Assembly (NCBI RefSeq): GCF_006345805.1
Contig: NC_043023.1
Span: 5,022,001 to 5,086,000 of the forward strand
Length of the DNA stretch: 64,000 nt
Source: Octopus sinensis
Lineage: Eukaryota
Direction: 5' to 3'
The notes beneath the pieces are model-generated. The model saw only the letters and a list, made by a program, of their open reading frames with translations, was not told where the DNA came from and did not search any database. Both the position numbers and the translations under genes were made by a program. Below are positions 39,671 to 53,460 of this stretch, piece after piece (the stretch's first letter is position 1; the number at the start of each line of letters is the position of its first letter).

Positions 39671-41079
39671 TATATATACATAAATATATATATACATAAA
39701 TATTGAATAATGAGAATAAAGAGAAATATTCTCTATTTGTGCATTTTTGTATTAAGGCTACCATTGGTTTCATGTTAAGGAAGACTTCAATAATTGTCAA
39801 GCCTGTCATATGAAACATCAGTGTTCATCTCCATTCTGGATATATATATATATATATAATACTAAAACTCAAAGTTTGTCTGTTTTCCTGCCATTTGATG
39901 AAGATGATAAAGATTACATATAAAATAGTCATTCCCCCCTTTAAGAAAAAAAGAACCAAGTTGAAAATGTCAACACTTCAACTACCATCGTCCGTCCTTT
40001 CTTTTTTCTTTCTTTCTTCTTCCCTTAATCATTTATACAACTTTCAGAGCCTCGTGGACTTGAAAGATAGAAATACTCCCTATGATTTAAAATAAAATAT
40101 TAATCTGTATCATCCTAATCAAAAGACAGAAAGACAGAGAGACTATGTCTTTATAGACAAAGATAATTTGCAATGGGAGGAGCTGAATCTCATAAGAATG
40201 GAAAAAAGAAATGGGTTGTGCCTTACAATGAAATTCTTTTAAGAACATTCTCATTACATTAAAGCACTATACTGACCTTCTAAGCTGGAGGTCAGAGATA
40301 TTTATGAGATGTATACATCTTAAAAAGTTTCTCCTGTCAAATCGGAGAACACCACCTCACTGGATCAGATGCACATTAACCTTTATCCTATTCAGCTATT
40401 TGACATCTTCTAGATCACCTTTGTTCCAAAAATAATGTGAAAATAAAATATTAAGGGAAAGGGAATAATATATTTTCATCATTAACAATATTCTTCCTCT
40501 ATAGGTAAGATTTTTTTGGCACCCCCAACCCTTACAATTTGTTTAACCCTTTCGTTACCAACCTGGCTGAAACTGGCTCTGGCTCTGAGTACAAATGTCT
40601 TGTTTTCATAAGTTTTGAATTAAAATCTTCCACCAAACTTTAGTCACAATTTATGTTCTTAACACTAGCTGCATGATAACTAAGTGATTTTACTAAATTC
40701 TTTGTTATATTTAAAGTAATGGAAAGAAACACAGAGCATCTCAAAATAAATATGGTAATGAAAGGGTTAAGATATACAATAGAGAAACAATTCTTAACCC
40801 TTTTGATACCAACCCTGCTGAAACTGGTTCTGGCTCTTTAGTACAAATGTCTTGTTTAAATAAGTTTTGAATTAAAATCTTCCACCAAACCTTAGCCACA
40901 ATTTATCTTCCTAACACTAGCTGAATGATAACTAAGTTGTTTCACTAAATTCTGTATTATATTCAAAATAATTGAAAGAAACACAGAGCATCTTAAAATA
41001 AATACGGTAATGAAAGGGTTAAAGAGCTATACCTAGCATCCAAGAATGGAATTATCCCCCTTCCCCTCAGAACATTTTT

Positions 41080-41421
41080 TTGCGAAGGAATAAGGAGTAC
41101 ATTATGCCGCTTTCTCATCAGGAAAACCAAGGAACTTATGTCAACATCAAAATGCACAAAAAACTTTTAGATGATTGTTCACACGGAGCCCATAGCGTTA
41201 ATGAGTGTCTCTTAAAAATATTCCTTTATAAGGAGTGACGTCAAAATGGTTGGATGTAGAAGATTCTAGAAGGTTCTAAAGGTTCAAGGGTTCAAACGAA
41301 GTTGGAGGAGAGAGGCATAAGAATAGGAAGGTGAAAGGGTGCAGGTCATATGTATGGTGAATTTTGTTAATTTCTTTTGTGAATGAGTGCCTGTGTGTGT
41401 GACTGTATATAACTGCATTAA

Positions 41422-41455
<34 letters not shown>

Positions 41456-44155
41456 TGCGTGATTGTGTATGTGGATGGGTAGATGTCAGAAAACAGACAG
41501 TGGTGAGGTGAGAGGTTTGTGTCTGTGTGTTTGATTGTGTTTACTATAGATAGAGGGAAATAGAGAGAGAAAGAGGAGGGCGAGGTAGAGGGACAAAGGC
41601 AACACATACTCACTGGATTGGGTAGTATTTATATGAAAGTATAAAAAAAAAAGTTTTTATGACTATGGGGGTGAAATATATAAAAAAAGAAGTTATGTTA
41701 ATTAAAATTCAAGGGGTTATCTATATTAATCATTATTCATATGAGTGAAAAGTGTGTTTTTGCCAGTGCATGCACCTGTAGGACCTCTCGATGATTGTAT
41801 TTATTAAAGGGACTTTGGCAAACAAAATATGAAAAAGTTCGGAATTACAGATGCCACAAAGTTTTCTGCCCTTATCAAATGGAAAGGACACTGACAATAT
41901 GGACCATTCCAGCTTGAAAGTTATATTGGTGTCCTTCACACGCCAAACTAATTTACTTAGTCCCGTGCTGTGTCGTTTTCTCTTATCTCGGAAAGTTGTA
42001 TAATGATTGGAGATCCTTTGGGATAATTTAGAAGTTGCTCCAATGTAGAAGAAGACATCGGTTCCAGAAGAAATTTTGCACTGGTAAATGGTGTTTCTAA
42101 TTTTGGAATTTTGGGATAAGAACTTTAATCTGCTGGGGTTAACTTCCGATACTAAAACAGAGTTTTTATTGTTATGATATGTGTAAACATTGTTGCTAGC
42201 ATTGGCCACGATACTATTCATCTTATTATCATTACCATTAATTGTAATATCGTCGGCAATTTCTCTGACTATAGGAATGTTGTGATTGTTATCATCAATA
42301 ATACAACTGTTATTAGAAATGTTGTTACTATTACCACTAACACCACCACTGTTAATAATCCGGCTAATGTTATTATCATTATTACTATTGTTAACGCCAA
42401 TGCTGCTATGAATGTTGCTAATATCAATACTATTTTTATTATTATCATTATTGTATGTTAGGTTGGAATTGGTAAGGGCAGTGTCGCTACTCCTGGGTGA
42501 TGAGTCCTTATTTAGCAGCTTATTATTATGGGAGGCAATTATCTGCGATAGATTTCTAGTGTTGGAGAATGCAATCCTCACCTTATGCGAATTGATGGTA
42601 GAGTAATACCTAGAATTCCTGGGGAAGTTCCTAGCTACGGCTTCACGGAACTGTAAAGGGAGATTAGACCTGATTTGTTTCCCGAAAGGAATGACAAACC
42701 AGATATAGTTTTTTTTTGGACTTAGAATGGCTCAGAGTGTTAACATTTACATTAAAGGGAGTATTTCTGTGTTGTAGAATTGGTGTTGGTTTTCGATTGC
42801 CTCCCCTGGTCCATAAATTATTTTTGTTAATTATATTAGTGTCGACGTTGCTAGAGCTGAAATCATTAATTACATTATTTCTATTGTTATTAGTTTTCTT
42901 ATCCTGAGAAGCAAATATTAGTTTAGAATGGGCCGGGTCAATATATGATACCTTATAAAATTCCGCTTTTTGTTTAAAAATGTCGACATTCGCAGATAAG
43001 TTTGATAGTCTTAAGGATATATTTTTAACTAAATTATCGGTGATAGTTTTTGCATGGTTACTGAAAATGCTGACATATTTAAGGTTAGTAGAAGGCTTAT
43101 GGTAAGGGAAGTAAGAATTGTTATGCAGATTTAGGGTAACATCTAAGAAGTTGGCTTTAGTTAGTTCGTCGTCGAAAACTATGCTGAAAAATCTAGGTAA
43201 TCTGTTTTTAGTCTTCTGTATCATACTGTTCGGAGCATTCTGTAGGTAAAATAGACAATCGTCTTGATACAGACCGCCGCAGATGTCCGGGAATTAGTCA
43301 GCTAATTCATAGAGAATATAGATTCCGACCAAATCGGCTATCTGGGCGCTGTCTGAGCTTCCCATTGGCACATCGAACGTGTTGGGGGTATCCTTACGGA
43401 CCCATAACTTATCATCGAACTGTATGAAGGATTTTCTAGCCGCTAAAATTATATTAATTTCCTGCCTTATTATGTGCGTGCCATAGGGCCTTATTGAGTA
43501 CACTAGGGTTGATCGAAGGGTAGAAACTAGAAATATCGAATTGAATGAATTTTGTGCTGTTTTTATTAGAAATAGAAGAAAACCACTCTACGACTTGAGT
43601 GGAGTTAGACCAGGCACTCATTCCCAAAAGAAATTAACAAAATTCACCATACATATGATCTGCACCCTTTCCCCTTCCTATTCTTATGCCTCTCTCCTCC
43701 AACTTCGTTTGAACCCTTGAACCTTTAGAACCTTCTAGAATCTTCTACATCCAACCATTTTGACGTCACTCCTTATAAAGGAATATTTTTAAGAGACACT
43801 CATTATCGCTATGGGCTCCGTGTGAGCAATCATCTAAAAGTTTTTTGTGCATTTTGATGTTGACATAAGTTCCTTGGTTTTCCTGATGAGAAAGCGGCAT
43901 AATGTACTCCTTATTCCTTCACAATTAGGAATATGCAGCCTTCGAAACATATGTCGAAAATAAAGGAATTTTGTTAATTCGTCGTTCAGCTCCATTCTTA
44001 CATATATTTATATTTTTAAAATAAACGTACAAATTTCCACACGAAAGCACGTAATCTATGCCCCAGGCACGTAACTTCAACCGTGTTTTTTCTCATGTGA
44101 ATTTGCTACCCAGGTTAATTCGAATTATCCTTAATAAGATAATTCATTCAACTAC
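41080..44155 (-). mobile_element. Penelope-like element 2 (5'-truncated RT + GIY-YIG) with inverted terminal pLTR copies
   Basis: FIQFDISSFYPSI, FDVPMGSSDSAQIADLVG, GLYQDD, NFLDVTLNL and TIY...FYIGAT...LCGIC motifs on the minus strand. 41080-41393 is the reverse complement of 43611-43924. Confidence 0.9.
43870..43968 (+). ncRNA. Minimal type-I hammerhead ribozyme in the inverted pLTR
   Basis: TTCCTTGGTTTTC-CTGATGA-long helix II-GAAAC-ATAT-GTC-GAAAATAAAGGAA. Intact core, 12 of 13 helix-I pairs, palindromic ATAT loop, predicted cut after C43955. Confidence 0.8.
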
Positions 44156-44178
44156 TCAAATATATATATATATATATA

Positions 44179-44586
44179 GGCGCAGGAGTGGCTGTGTGGT
44201 AAGTAGCTTGCTAACCAACCACATGGTTCCAGGTTAAGTCCCACTGCGTGGCATCTTGGGCAAGTGTCTTCTGCTATAGCCCCGGGCCGACCAATGCCTT
44301 GTGAGTGGATTTGGTAGATGGAAACTGAAAGAAGCCTGTCGTATATATGTATATATATATATGTATGTGTGTGTGTTTGTGTGTCTGTGTTTGTCGCCCT
44401 AGCATTACTTGACAACCGATGCTGGTGTGATAACGTCCCCGTCACTTAGCGGTTCGGCAAAAGAGACCGATAGAATAAGTACTAGGCTTACAAAGAATAA
44501 GTCCTGGAGGTCGATTTGCTCGACTAAAGGTGGTGCTCCAGCATGGCCACAGTCAAATGACTGAAACAAGTAAAAGAGTAAAGAGC
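44179..44586 (+). mobile_element. SINE family A, full length
   Basis: Complete head, body and tail, flanked by (TA)n. Confidence 0.9.
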
Positions 44587-45038
44587 AATATATATATATA
44601 TATATATATATCCAATTGCTGTTTTTACTGAGATCTCCCTTTTTAGTAGAAGAAATAGCTATAACCCTTTGACTGCTATTTCTAAATTCGGTATGTGGTA
44701 AGGCAATTCGTTGCTGAACCCTTATTGCTTAGTATTACTTAAATTTTCCTCAAATGAGGCTTTTACATGCCGAAGACTACTTGGTGTAATTGATAATTAT
44801 TCCAAATTAATTAATTCACCCTTCATTATACGGATAACCATATTTTATCTCAGTAGATGACCACAGCATCTTGTTTTGGCTACACGCGGGTGGGAAGGGG
44901 CTGTTGACACAATCGTTTCATTCACAAATTTGAATTCGGTGATACTAGTTGAGGATTCTAGCTCGCTCTGATACTGAGTTGAGTTGGTACCTCCTAGTAT
45001 CTCAAAATTCAATATATAATCATTTATGATTATAGTAT

Positions 45039-45145
45039 TCCACGCTGAAGAGAAAAGAAGTTTCGGTAAGATAGAATTATTTAATATTTAATATTTTAAT
45101 TCTTATGCTTTCCTAAAACTTGATTTCGAAACGTACGTCCGTGGA
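45039..45145 (+). ncRNA. Hammerhead ribozyme, array unit 1
   Basis: TCCACG-CTGAAGA-G...C-GAAAC-GTAC-GTC-CGTGGA; predicted cut after C45139. Confidence 0.85.
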
Positions 45146-45636
45146 TAACTTTAAAAATGTTTGATAGATTGCGGTTAATTCATTCTCTCTTACCTGTTTG
45201 TGTCAGCCTTCCAATTGCTGTTTTTACTGAGATCTCCCTTTTTAGTAGAAGAAATAGCTATAACCCTTTGACTGCTATTTCTAAATTCGGTATGTGGTAA
45301 GGCAATTCGTTGCTGAACCCTATTGCTTAGTATTACTTAAATTTTCCTCAAATGAGGCTTTTACATGCCGAAGACTACTTGGTGTAATTGATAATTATTC
45401 CAAATTAATTAATTTCACCCTTCATTATACGGATAACCATATTTTATCTCAGTAGATGACCACAGCATCTTGTTTTGGCTACACGCGGGTGGGAGGGGCT
45501 GTTGACACAATCGTTTCATTCACAAATTTGAATTCGGTGATACTAGTTGAGGATTCTAGCTCGCTCTGATACTGAGTTGAGTTGGTACCTCCTAGTATCT
45601 CAAAATTCAATATATAATCATTTATGATTATAGTAT

Positions 45637-45743
45637 TCCACGCTGAAGAGAAAAGAAGTTTCGGTAAGATAGAATTATTTAATATTTAATATTTTAATTC
45701 TTATGCTTTCCTAAAACTTGATTTCGAAACGTACGTCCGTGGA
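45637..45743 (+). ncRNA. Hammerhead ribozyme, array unit 2
   Basis: Same motif; predicted cut after C45737. Confidence 0.85.
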
Positions 45744-46236
45744 TAACTTTAAAAATGTTTGATAGATTGCGGTTAATTCATTCTCTCTTACCTGTTTGTG
45801 TCAGCCTTCCAATTGCTGTTTTTACTGAGATCTCCCTTTTTAGTAGAAGAAATAGCTATAACCCTTTGACTGCTATTTCTAAATTCGGTATGTGGTAAGG
45901 CAATTCGTTGCTGAACCCTTATTGCTTAGTATTACTTAAATTTTCCTCAAATGAGGCTTTTACATGCCGAAGACTACTTGGTGTAATTGATAATTATTCC
46001 AAATTAATTAATTTCACCCTTCATTATTACGGATAACCATATTTTATCTCAGTAGATGACCACAGCATCTTGTTTTGGCTACACGCGGGTGGGAAGGGGC
46101 TGTTGACACAATCGTTTCATTCACAATTTGAATTCGGTGATACTAGTTGAGGATTCTAGCTCGCTCTGATACTGAGTTGAGTTGGTACCTCCTAGTATCT
46201 CAAAATTCAATATATAATCATTTATGATTATAGTAT

Positions 46237-46343
46237 TCCACGCTGAAGAGAAAAGAAGTTTCGGTAAGATAGAATTATTTAATATTTAATATTTTAATTC
46301 TTATGCTTTCCTAAAACTTGATTTCGAAACGTACGTCCGTGGA
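46237..46343 (+). ncRNA. Hammerhead ribozyme, array unit 3
   Basis: Same motif; predicted cut after C46337. Confidence 0.85.
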
Positions 46344-46528
46344 TAACTTTAAAAATGTTTGATAGATTGCGGTTAATTCATTCTCTCTTACCTGTTTGTG
46401 TCAGCCTTCCAATTGCTGTTTTTACTGAGATCTCCCTTTTTAGTAGAAGAAATAGCTATAACCCTTTGACTGCTATTTCTAAATTCGGTATGTGGTAAGG
46501 CAATTCGTTGCTGAACCCTTATTGCTTA

Positions 46529-46680
<152 letters not shown>

Positions 46681-47326
46681 ATATATGTGTGGAGGCGCAA
46701 TGGCCCAGTGGTTAGGGCAGTGGACTCGCGGTTGTAGGATTGCGGTTTCGATTCCCAGACCGGGCGTTGTGAGTGTTTTTTGAGCGAAAACACCTAAAAG
46801 CTCCACGAGGTCATCCCTGCTGTACTCTTTCACCACTCTTTCTCTTACTCTTTCTTCTGTTGGCCTGCTCGCTTAGCCAGCGGGGTGGCGTCATTCGGAG
46901 GCTAAAACAGTGTGAACGCATTGTGACCAGCGATGTGTAACAACATCTGATGTCTGGTCGGTCACGTGATGTATATATATATATATATATACATGCGTAG
47001 TAAAAATAAAAATATAGCAGTGTAACACAATTGGATATACCAATTTTACATATTAAAAACATTCCTGCCAACTGGTAATGTACATATTGATTGTTGGTAA
47101 GGACACTGTTTTACGTTATGTGACCATAATATATTACGAAATATATAAAAACTCTTCATAAGTCAATACTGTGTCCTACCTGTGTTAGCAGTGCAATTCA
47201 GTCACTTTTTAAAGTTATCTCTGCAGATTTACTATAGAAATTAGAGCTAGCACAGAAAGGGGTTGATTCGCACTGCTAACACAGGTAGGACACAGTATTA
47301 ACCTATAAAGCCTTTAATATATTTGG

Positions 47327-47535
47327 TACTCTTTTACTCTTGTTTCAGTCATTTGACTGTGGCCATGCTGGAGCACCGCCTTTAGTCGAGCAAATCGACC
47401 CCGGGACTTATTCTTTGTAAGCCCAGTACTTATTCTATTGGTCTCTTTTGCTGAACCGCTAAGTGACAGGGACGTAAACACACCAGCATCGGTTGTCAAA
47501 CAATGCTAGGGGGACACACACGGACACACACACAC

Positions 47536-47566
<31 letters not shown>

Positions 47567-47737
47567 CATATATACGACAGGCTTCTTTCAGTTTCTGTCT
47601 ACCAAATCCACTCACAAGGCTTTGGTTGGCCCGGGGCTATAGCAGAAGACACTTGCCCAAGATGCCACGCAGTGGGACTGAACCCGGAACCATGTGGTTG
47701 GTTAGCAAGCTACTTACCACACAGCCACTCCTGCGCC
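47327..47737 (-). mobile_element. SINE family A, full length
   Basis: Reverse complement of the complete family A consensus, ending 140 bp upstream of CHSY exon 2. Confidence 0.9.
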
Positions 47738-47877
47738 TATAGTAGTATATTGTGGTTGCATAACGATGCAAGATGTCCTTGCCAGCAATCAATTTATATT
47801 CTAGGTCAGGTTACTGTAACAGCATAATAATCCCAGTCAAGTATTCAATATGTCTTCTTTTGTTGTTCTTTTTTCAG

Positions 47878-48367
47878 GTCAGTCCGAAATTGCCGCCACA
47901 ACGTTTCATAGAAGAACTTGAAGATTTCCGATTCAACCCAGGTCCCCAGAAGAAACTTGTTCTGGTTGGAATCATGACACATTCCAAATATTTCCAAACC
48001 CGAGACAGGGCAATTCAAATGACCTGGTTGAAATCCATTCCAGGTGATGTGATCTTCTTTGTGGGTAACAGTACAGATCTGGCTCCTGCTGGGATGCCAG
48101 TCGTGCGGCTGAATCAAGCACCAGACCATGTCTACCCACCACGCCTCAAAATGTTCGAAATGCTGGAATATATGTACAAAAATCTTGCAGATAAATATGA
48201 ATATTTCATCCGTGCTGACGATGATGTGTTTATAAAAGGCCAAGAACTGGGAAGTTTGCTAAGCTCCCTCGACAGTAGAGAGAAAATCTACATGGGCCAC
48301 CGTGGTCAAGGAGTGCCAGAGGAGAAGGGGAAATTGGGAATGGGAAAAGATTATTTCTTCTGCATAG
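47878..48367 (+). CDS. CHSY1: Chondroitin sulfate synthase coding exon 2 (Fringe-like/GT31 domain)
   Basis: TTTTCAG acceptor, GTAAAT phase-1 donor. LVLVGIMTHSKYFQTR...TW...IPGDVIFF, YPP, YEYFIRADDDVFI and YMG motifs match CHSY1. Confidence 0.92.
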
Positions 48368-49108
48368 GTAAATTGTTGTTGTTGTTGTTGTGGTGGTGGT
48401 TTTGCTGTTAGTGGTTGTGGTGATGGTGATATATATTGTGGAGGAGGCTTGGGATGGGATGGGATGGGATGGTGCTGATGATAAGGATGGCGTAGCGGTG
48501 TGATGGTTGTTGTAATTGTGGGTGGTGTTAGTGAGAATTTTGCTGCTGCCAGTTTTCTGTGCATGCGCATGAGGGAACGTCCGGCAGGCCTTCTGAAAGA
48601 CTCCAACCCTGCACACGTGTGCTGGAGATTTCCAATATGGCGTCACTACAAATGTTTTCATTGTCATCAAGGAATCCCATGTTAACTTGAATCTCCTGTG
48701 AGTTAACATCAAATCCCCTGATGACAATGTAAGCTTCATTTTACTAAAGTATCTTTGGCCAGATGAGTAGCTAGTAGATTACTCCTCATTTGAGTGATTA
48801 CTACTTCTGAGGTTCTGCTGGCTATGAAACATGTAGCCTGGATTTTATTTGCTCCGTTCCCTAATTTTGGTTTTTCTTTATTCATATGCAAAGCAGCCCC
48901 AGTTGCTAACTGTAAGCCATAAAACAAATTTTTCAGCTATAAAACATTTTTTTTTTTTGATTTGGGAAAAATGTACAACTTTCTATGTCACTAAATCACT
49001 ATTGTTCCTGAAAGTTGTTTTTTATATTTTTTTATGGATTGCTCAAAGCTTCACAACTTCCTACTCCTGGTTCCTTGGATCCTACCTTTACATTTATATC
49101 TATATATA

Positions 49109-50353
49109 CAGGGTGCATAAAGTATTTGTGGACATACTTTTTTGGGTCATTGCTGCATTTTTTGCTAACTCTATATAATCTTTGTTTCAGAAAATAATAA
49201 TTGCAGATCCTCAACTTACTCAAGAAATGAAGAGGCATCCTGTTTTTGTGGTTGTAAAGGCTGAGCATAGTGATTTAGAAATACCTCGATTTTTAAACAT
49301 TGCCATATCTTTTGTCTACAAAGTTTGTAAGGAGCCAAAGACTGAAGATGGAAACGTATCACAAGTATCAAAGCATAAAAACCATTCTAAACGCTCTGAA
49401 ATCATCAGAACACTTGAATTTATCCAGCAAGTTCAATAAACCATTGATTACTATCCCAGGAAGTTCATGAGGTCAATTGCAAGAGATTTCCATGTGTCAG
49501 AAGGAACAGTCAGAAATATTGTTCTTGAAGACATCAGATATAAGTCTTATATGATGAGGAAAGGTCAGTTTGTCAGAGAAAGCTAAAGAAAATCACTACA
49601 TCAGATCTAAAAGGCTCTTAAACAAACTGAAAAAGCCAGCAGAAGAAAATTTGATTCGGTTTTTCTTAAATGAGAAAAACTTTGACCAAGATTAAAAAGT
49701 TAATGGAAAAAATGATAGATGGTTATGTGCAAACCCTTCTGAAGTTTCAAGTGTTATGCATATAAAGTTTCCTGTAACTGTCATGGTTTTAGGGGTTGTC
49801 AGCAATGAAAGACATGTGATGCCTCCTTACTTCTTTCCACAAGGTGTTAGAGTTAACTCTGCCACCTACATTGAGGTCCTGGAAATAATTGTTAAGCCCT
49901 GAGTAGACAGTGTATGTAATGGAAGACCATATGTATTTCAGTAAGACTCTGCACTATCACACATGGCTCCAGTAACAAAGGAATGGATGACCTGGAAATT
50001 TTCATGATCACATAACCCCTAACTCCTAATTCCCCAGATCTCAACCCATTGGACTATTATATGTGGAGCATTGTTGAGAGAGAGCTCAATGAATACACCT
50101 ATAACACCAAAGATTCTTTGAAAGCTGCCATAGTCAAAGTAATGTCCAAAATGTGACCAGGACTACTTGGTTTGAGCATGTAGATGATTTAGATCTCATA
50201 CAGAAGCAGTTGTTGAAGCTGAACGTGGCTTTATTGAATAACATTATAGAAAAGAAGGTTTATTTTTATCCTCATAGCATTTTCTGATAAATAAAGTTAT
50301 TATCTATTATTATATACGTTTTTTTTTATAAACATAAATCTATCTTACGCACC

Positions 50354-50356
<3 letters not shown>
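49109..50356 (+). mobile_element. Tc1/mariner (maT-like) transposon, degraded
   Basis: TA|CAGGGTGC...GCACCCTG|TA. Relic motifs KNDRWL, KFPVTVMVLGVVS, YVFQ*DSA and PNSPDLNPLDYYMWS. Confidence 0.85.
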
Positions 50357-50442
<86 letters not shown>

Positions 50443-50663
50443 TGAGAAAAAGGAGGCGGTCAAAATTTTGGATAATTTTTTATTAGTACTTTGTTTATTT
50501 ATTGAACTCATCAAGACAAAATCAAAATCAAAATGGTAAAAACAGAACATTTTGTTGTTCAATTATATGAATCAGATGCTTTTTGCTTTGTTTAGAAGGA
50601 GAAAAATATATATTTTTTTTTTTTTGGTAAAAGGGAAAGGAAACCAAAGAGTGGAGAATAGAC

Positions 50664-50724
<61 letters not shown>

Positions 50725-50964
50725 AGGAGAGAGAGAGAAAGAGAGAGAGAGGTTTCTTTTCTTGAGAAGAAACCTCTTTCTCTGTCTATTTCCCACTCTT
50801 TCAGTCTCTGTCTACCAAATCCACTCACAAGGCTATGGTAGAAAAAACTTGCCCAAGGTGCCATGATGTGGGATTGAACCTGAAACCATGTGGTTGGGAA
50901 ACAAGCTTCTTACCAAACAGTTCGCCTGCAACTACACACATTTTTCCTCCCCTTTATTTTACAG

Positions 50965-51119
50965 GTGGCCCCGGTATTATACTCAGTCACAAAGCACTGA
51001 AGATGTTGGGCCCACATCTGGATGCTTGTACATTGCACCCAGTCAAACCCCATGATGACACGGAGCTGGGAAGGTGCATGGAAAAGTACCTGAATGTTCA
51101 GTGCAAATCAAACCCAAAG
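50965..51119 (+). CDS. CHSY1: Chondroitin sulfate synthase coding exon 3
   Basis: TTTTACAG phase-1 acceptor completes C-I-G|G-P-G. GGPGIILS...HDDTELGRC...VQC; phase-0 donor GTAAAA. Confidence 0.92.
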
Positions 51120-51290
51120 GTAAAATATGAACAATTTTAAACACAATAATTCTACCAACTTTTTTATATGAACTGGTAATCAGTTAGCACACTTATTGTG
51201 AATATGAGAGGTGTGGGTTCGATTCCCATGAGTACTAATCTTAAGCTAAATCTTTTAACATTTCATTGAATACACCTGAAACATAGCATA

Positions 51291-51803
51291 CCATAAATCC
51301 TCGAGTATAATCCACATTTTCCCCCCAAATTTAAAGGTCAAAATCCCTAGTGCGTACTATATACGAGGTTAAAAATGAAAATTATTTTCTAAGCAATGTC
51401 CTAGTCTCTATTTGCTGTCCGGCAATGTTTATTCAGATGCATTTTGTGATGTCAGGCGTAAAAATATCTTAAGCTAAGCCTGAAAGCAATGAAGTCATAA
51501 AAGAATCATCCATAACTTGCAGTTAGCAACATTTATTAAACGTTATTACTGTTATTTCTTTATTTTCTGCAAACAAAATGCACAAAAAAGCTACACATTT
51601 GCATTATGTTATATATACAATAATAATAAAGGATGTTACCGTATACAGTTTTACAAACCAAGGACGTTATATAGACCTCCTTGACTCAAGTTAGAGAAGG
51701 GGTGCGTATTGTGTATACAAGGTTTAGGTTTTTCAGAAGTACAGCCACCTAAAAATCCCCTTCGTATTATACTCAAGGGCAGACTATACTTGAGGATTTA
51801 CGG
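51291..51803. mobile_element. Tc1/mariner-superfamily MITE
   Basis: TA|CCATAAATCCTCGAGTATA...TATACTTGAGGATTTACGG|TA. Confidence 0.8.
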
Positions 51804-52528
51804 TAGTTAAAATTTCCCATAAGTAAATTTTTCTGTCAAGGGCTTATATGCCCCAATATTGGACCATTTTCTGTAGCTATGATGATCGCTTCGAAGCTTT
51901 AAGCTTAAAACTATTATTATTTACAGAATTTTCACTCATCACTGCTTCTCCATTTAACACACGAACCGGCTGTTTTTCCTCTTCTTAAACACTGCCCCCA
52001 CTTGTGGTCAACCACTTCCATACTCCTATGAATATAAGAGGGAGTCCCTACATGGTTGTCTGCTTCTCAAGAAATAGCAACCAAATCTTCACAAAATCTT
52101 CAAGACTACAAAAAAATGGACGGGTTGGACATATCTAGAATGTCATTGAGCACAGGTGTGACACAAAACCAAACAATAACTAGTAATTATACATCAGATA
52201 ACAAACGGAATTATTTAATTTAGATTATAACAACAGTGTAAAGTTATACCTTGAATTTCTATCTTACAAACTGAATTCACAGAATGCAACCTGGATACTC
52301 CATCTGACAGAAAACCCCAACTTTTAACCTTATAAACTAGAATGTGCCTTTATTTGGCACACACATGATGGGCTCCTTTCTGTTTCCATCTAGCAAAGCC
52401 ATTCCTAAGGCTTTGGTTGGTCTGAGGCAACTATAGAAGACACTCAAGGTGCCATGCAGTGAGACTGAACCTAGAACCATGTAGTTGGGAGGCCTTCTTA
52501 CCACACAACTATATGTATTGTATATATA

Positions 52529-52563
<35 letters not shown>

Positions 52564-52986
52564 TGACCCGGAGATGTATAATATATTTATTTTAATCTTT
52601 TCTGCCCATTTTTTCAAATATTCTCATCATACTGTTGCACTTTCTTATGTCCTTAACATGTCCTTGTTACCAAAGATTGTATATATACATGTAATGTGGC
52701 AATTTCCAACAACCAATAATTAACGCAACCAAACTTCCAATAATATATTTGTTTTATTCTTTTCTGCCCGTTTTTTCAAATATTCTCATCACACTGTTGT
52801 ACTTCTTTATGTCCTTAACATGTTCCTGTTACCAAAGACTGTATATATACATGTAATGTGGCAATTATGTAAAAAACTTTTTTGAATTCATAATATTCTA
52901 TGTTACTTTTGACAATCTTTTTCCAAAGAGTGAAACCGGTTAAGTAAATAAACATCTTTTAAATTGCATTTTCAAACCTTCTTTCG

Positions 52987-53026
<40 letters not shown>

Positions 53027-53420
53027 GGCGCAGGAGTGGCTGTGTGGTAAGTAGCTTGCTAACCAGCCACATGGTTCCGGGTTCAGTCCCACTGCATGGC
53101 ATCTTGGACAAGTGTCTTCTGCTATAGCCCCGGGCCGACCAATGCCTAGTGAGTGGATTTGGAAGACGGAAACTGAAAGAAGCCCGTTGTATATATGTAT
53201 ATATATATGTATGTGAGTGTGTGTGTTTGTCCCCCTAGCATTGCTTGACAACCGATGCTGGTGTGTTTATGTCCCCATCACTTAGCGGTTCGGCAAAAGA
53301 GATCGGTAGAATAAGTACTAGGCTTACATAGAATAAGTCCCGGGGTCGAGTTGATCGATTACAGGCGGTGCTCCAGCATGGCCGCAGTCAAATGACTGAA
53401 ACAAGTAAAAGAGTAAATGA

Positions 53421-53422
<2 letters not shown>
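53027..53422 (+). mobile_element. SINE family A, full length
   Basis: Complete head, body and tail in CHSY intron 3. Confidence 0.9.

Positions 53423-53460
<38 letters not shown>

Noticed and set aside
43294-43296. Selenocysteine recoding in PLE2 (reported for some Naiad PLEs)
   Set aside because: The in-frame RT stop here is TAA, not TGA, so it is ordinary decay.
47773-47877. ORF-track N-terminal extension of CHSY exon 2 (and the 50835 and 56806 starts)
   Set aside because: These are intron read-through or non-ATG starts; splice sites and phases define the exons.
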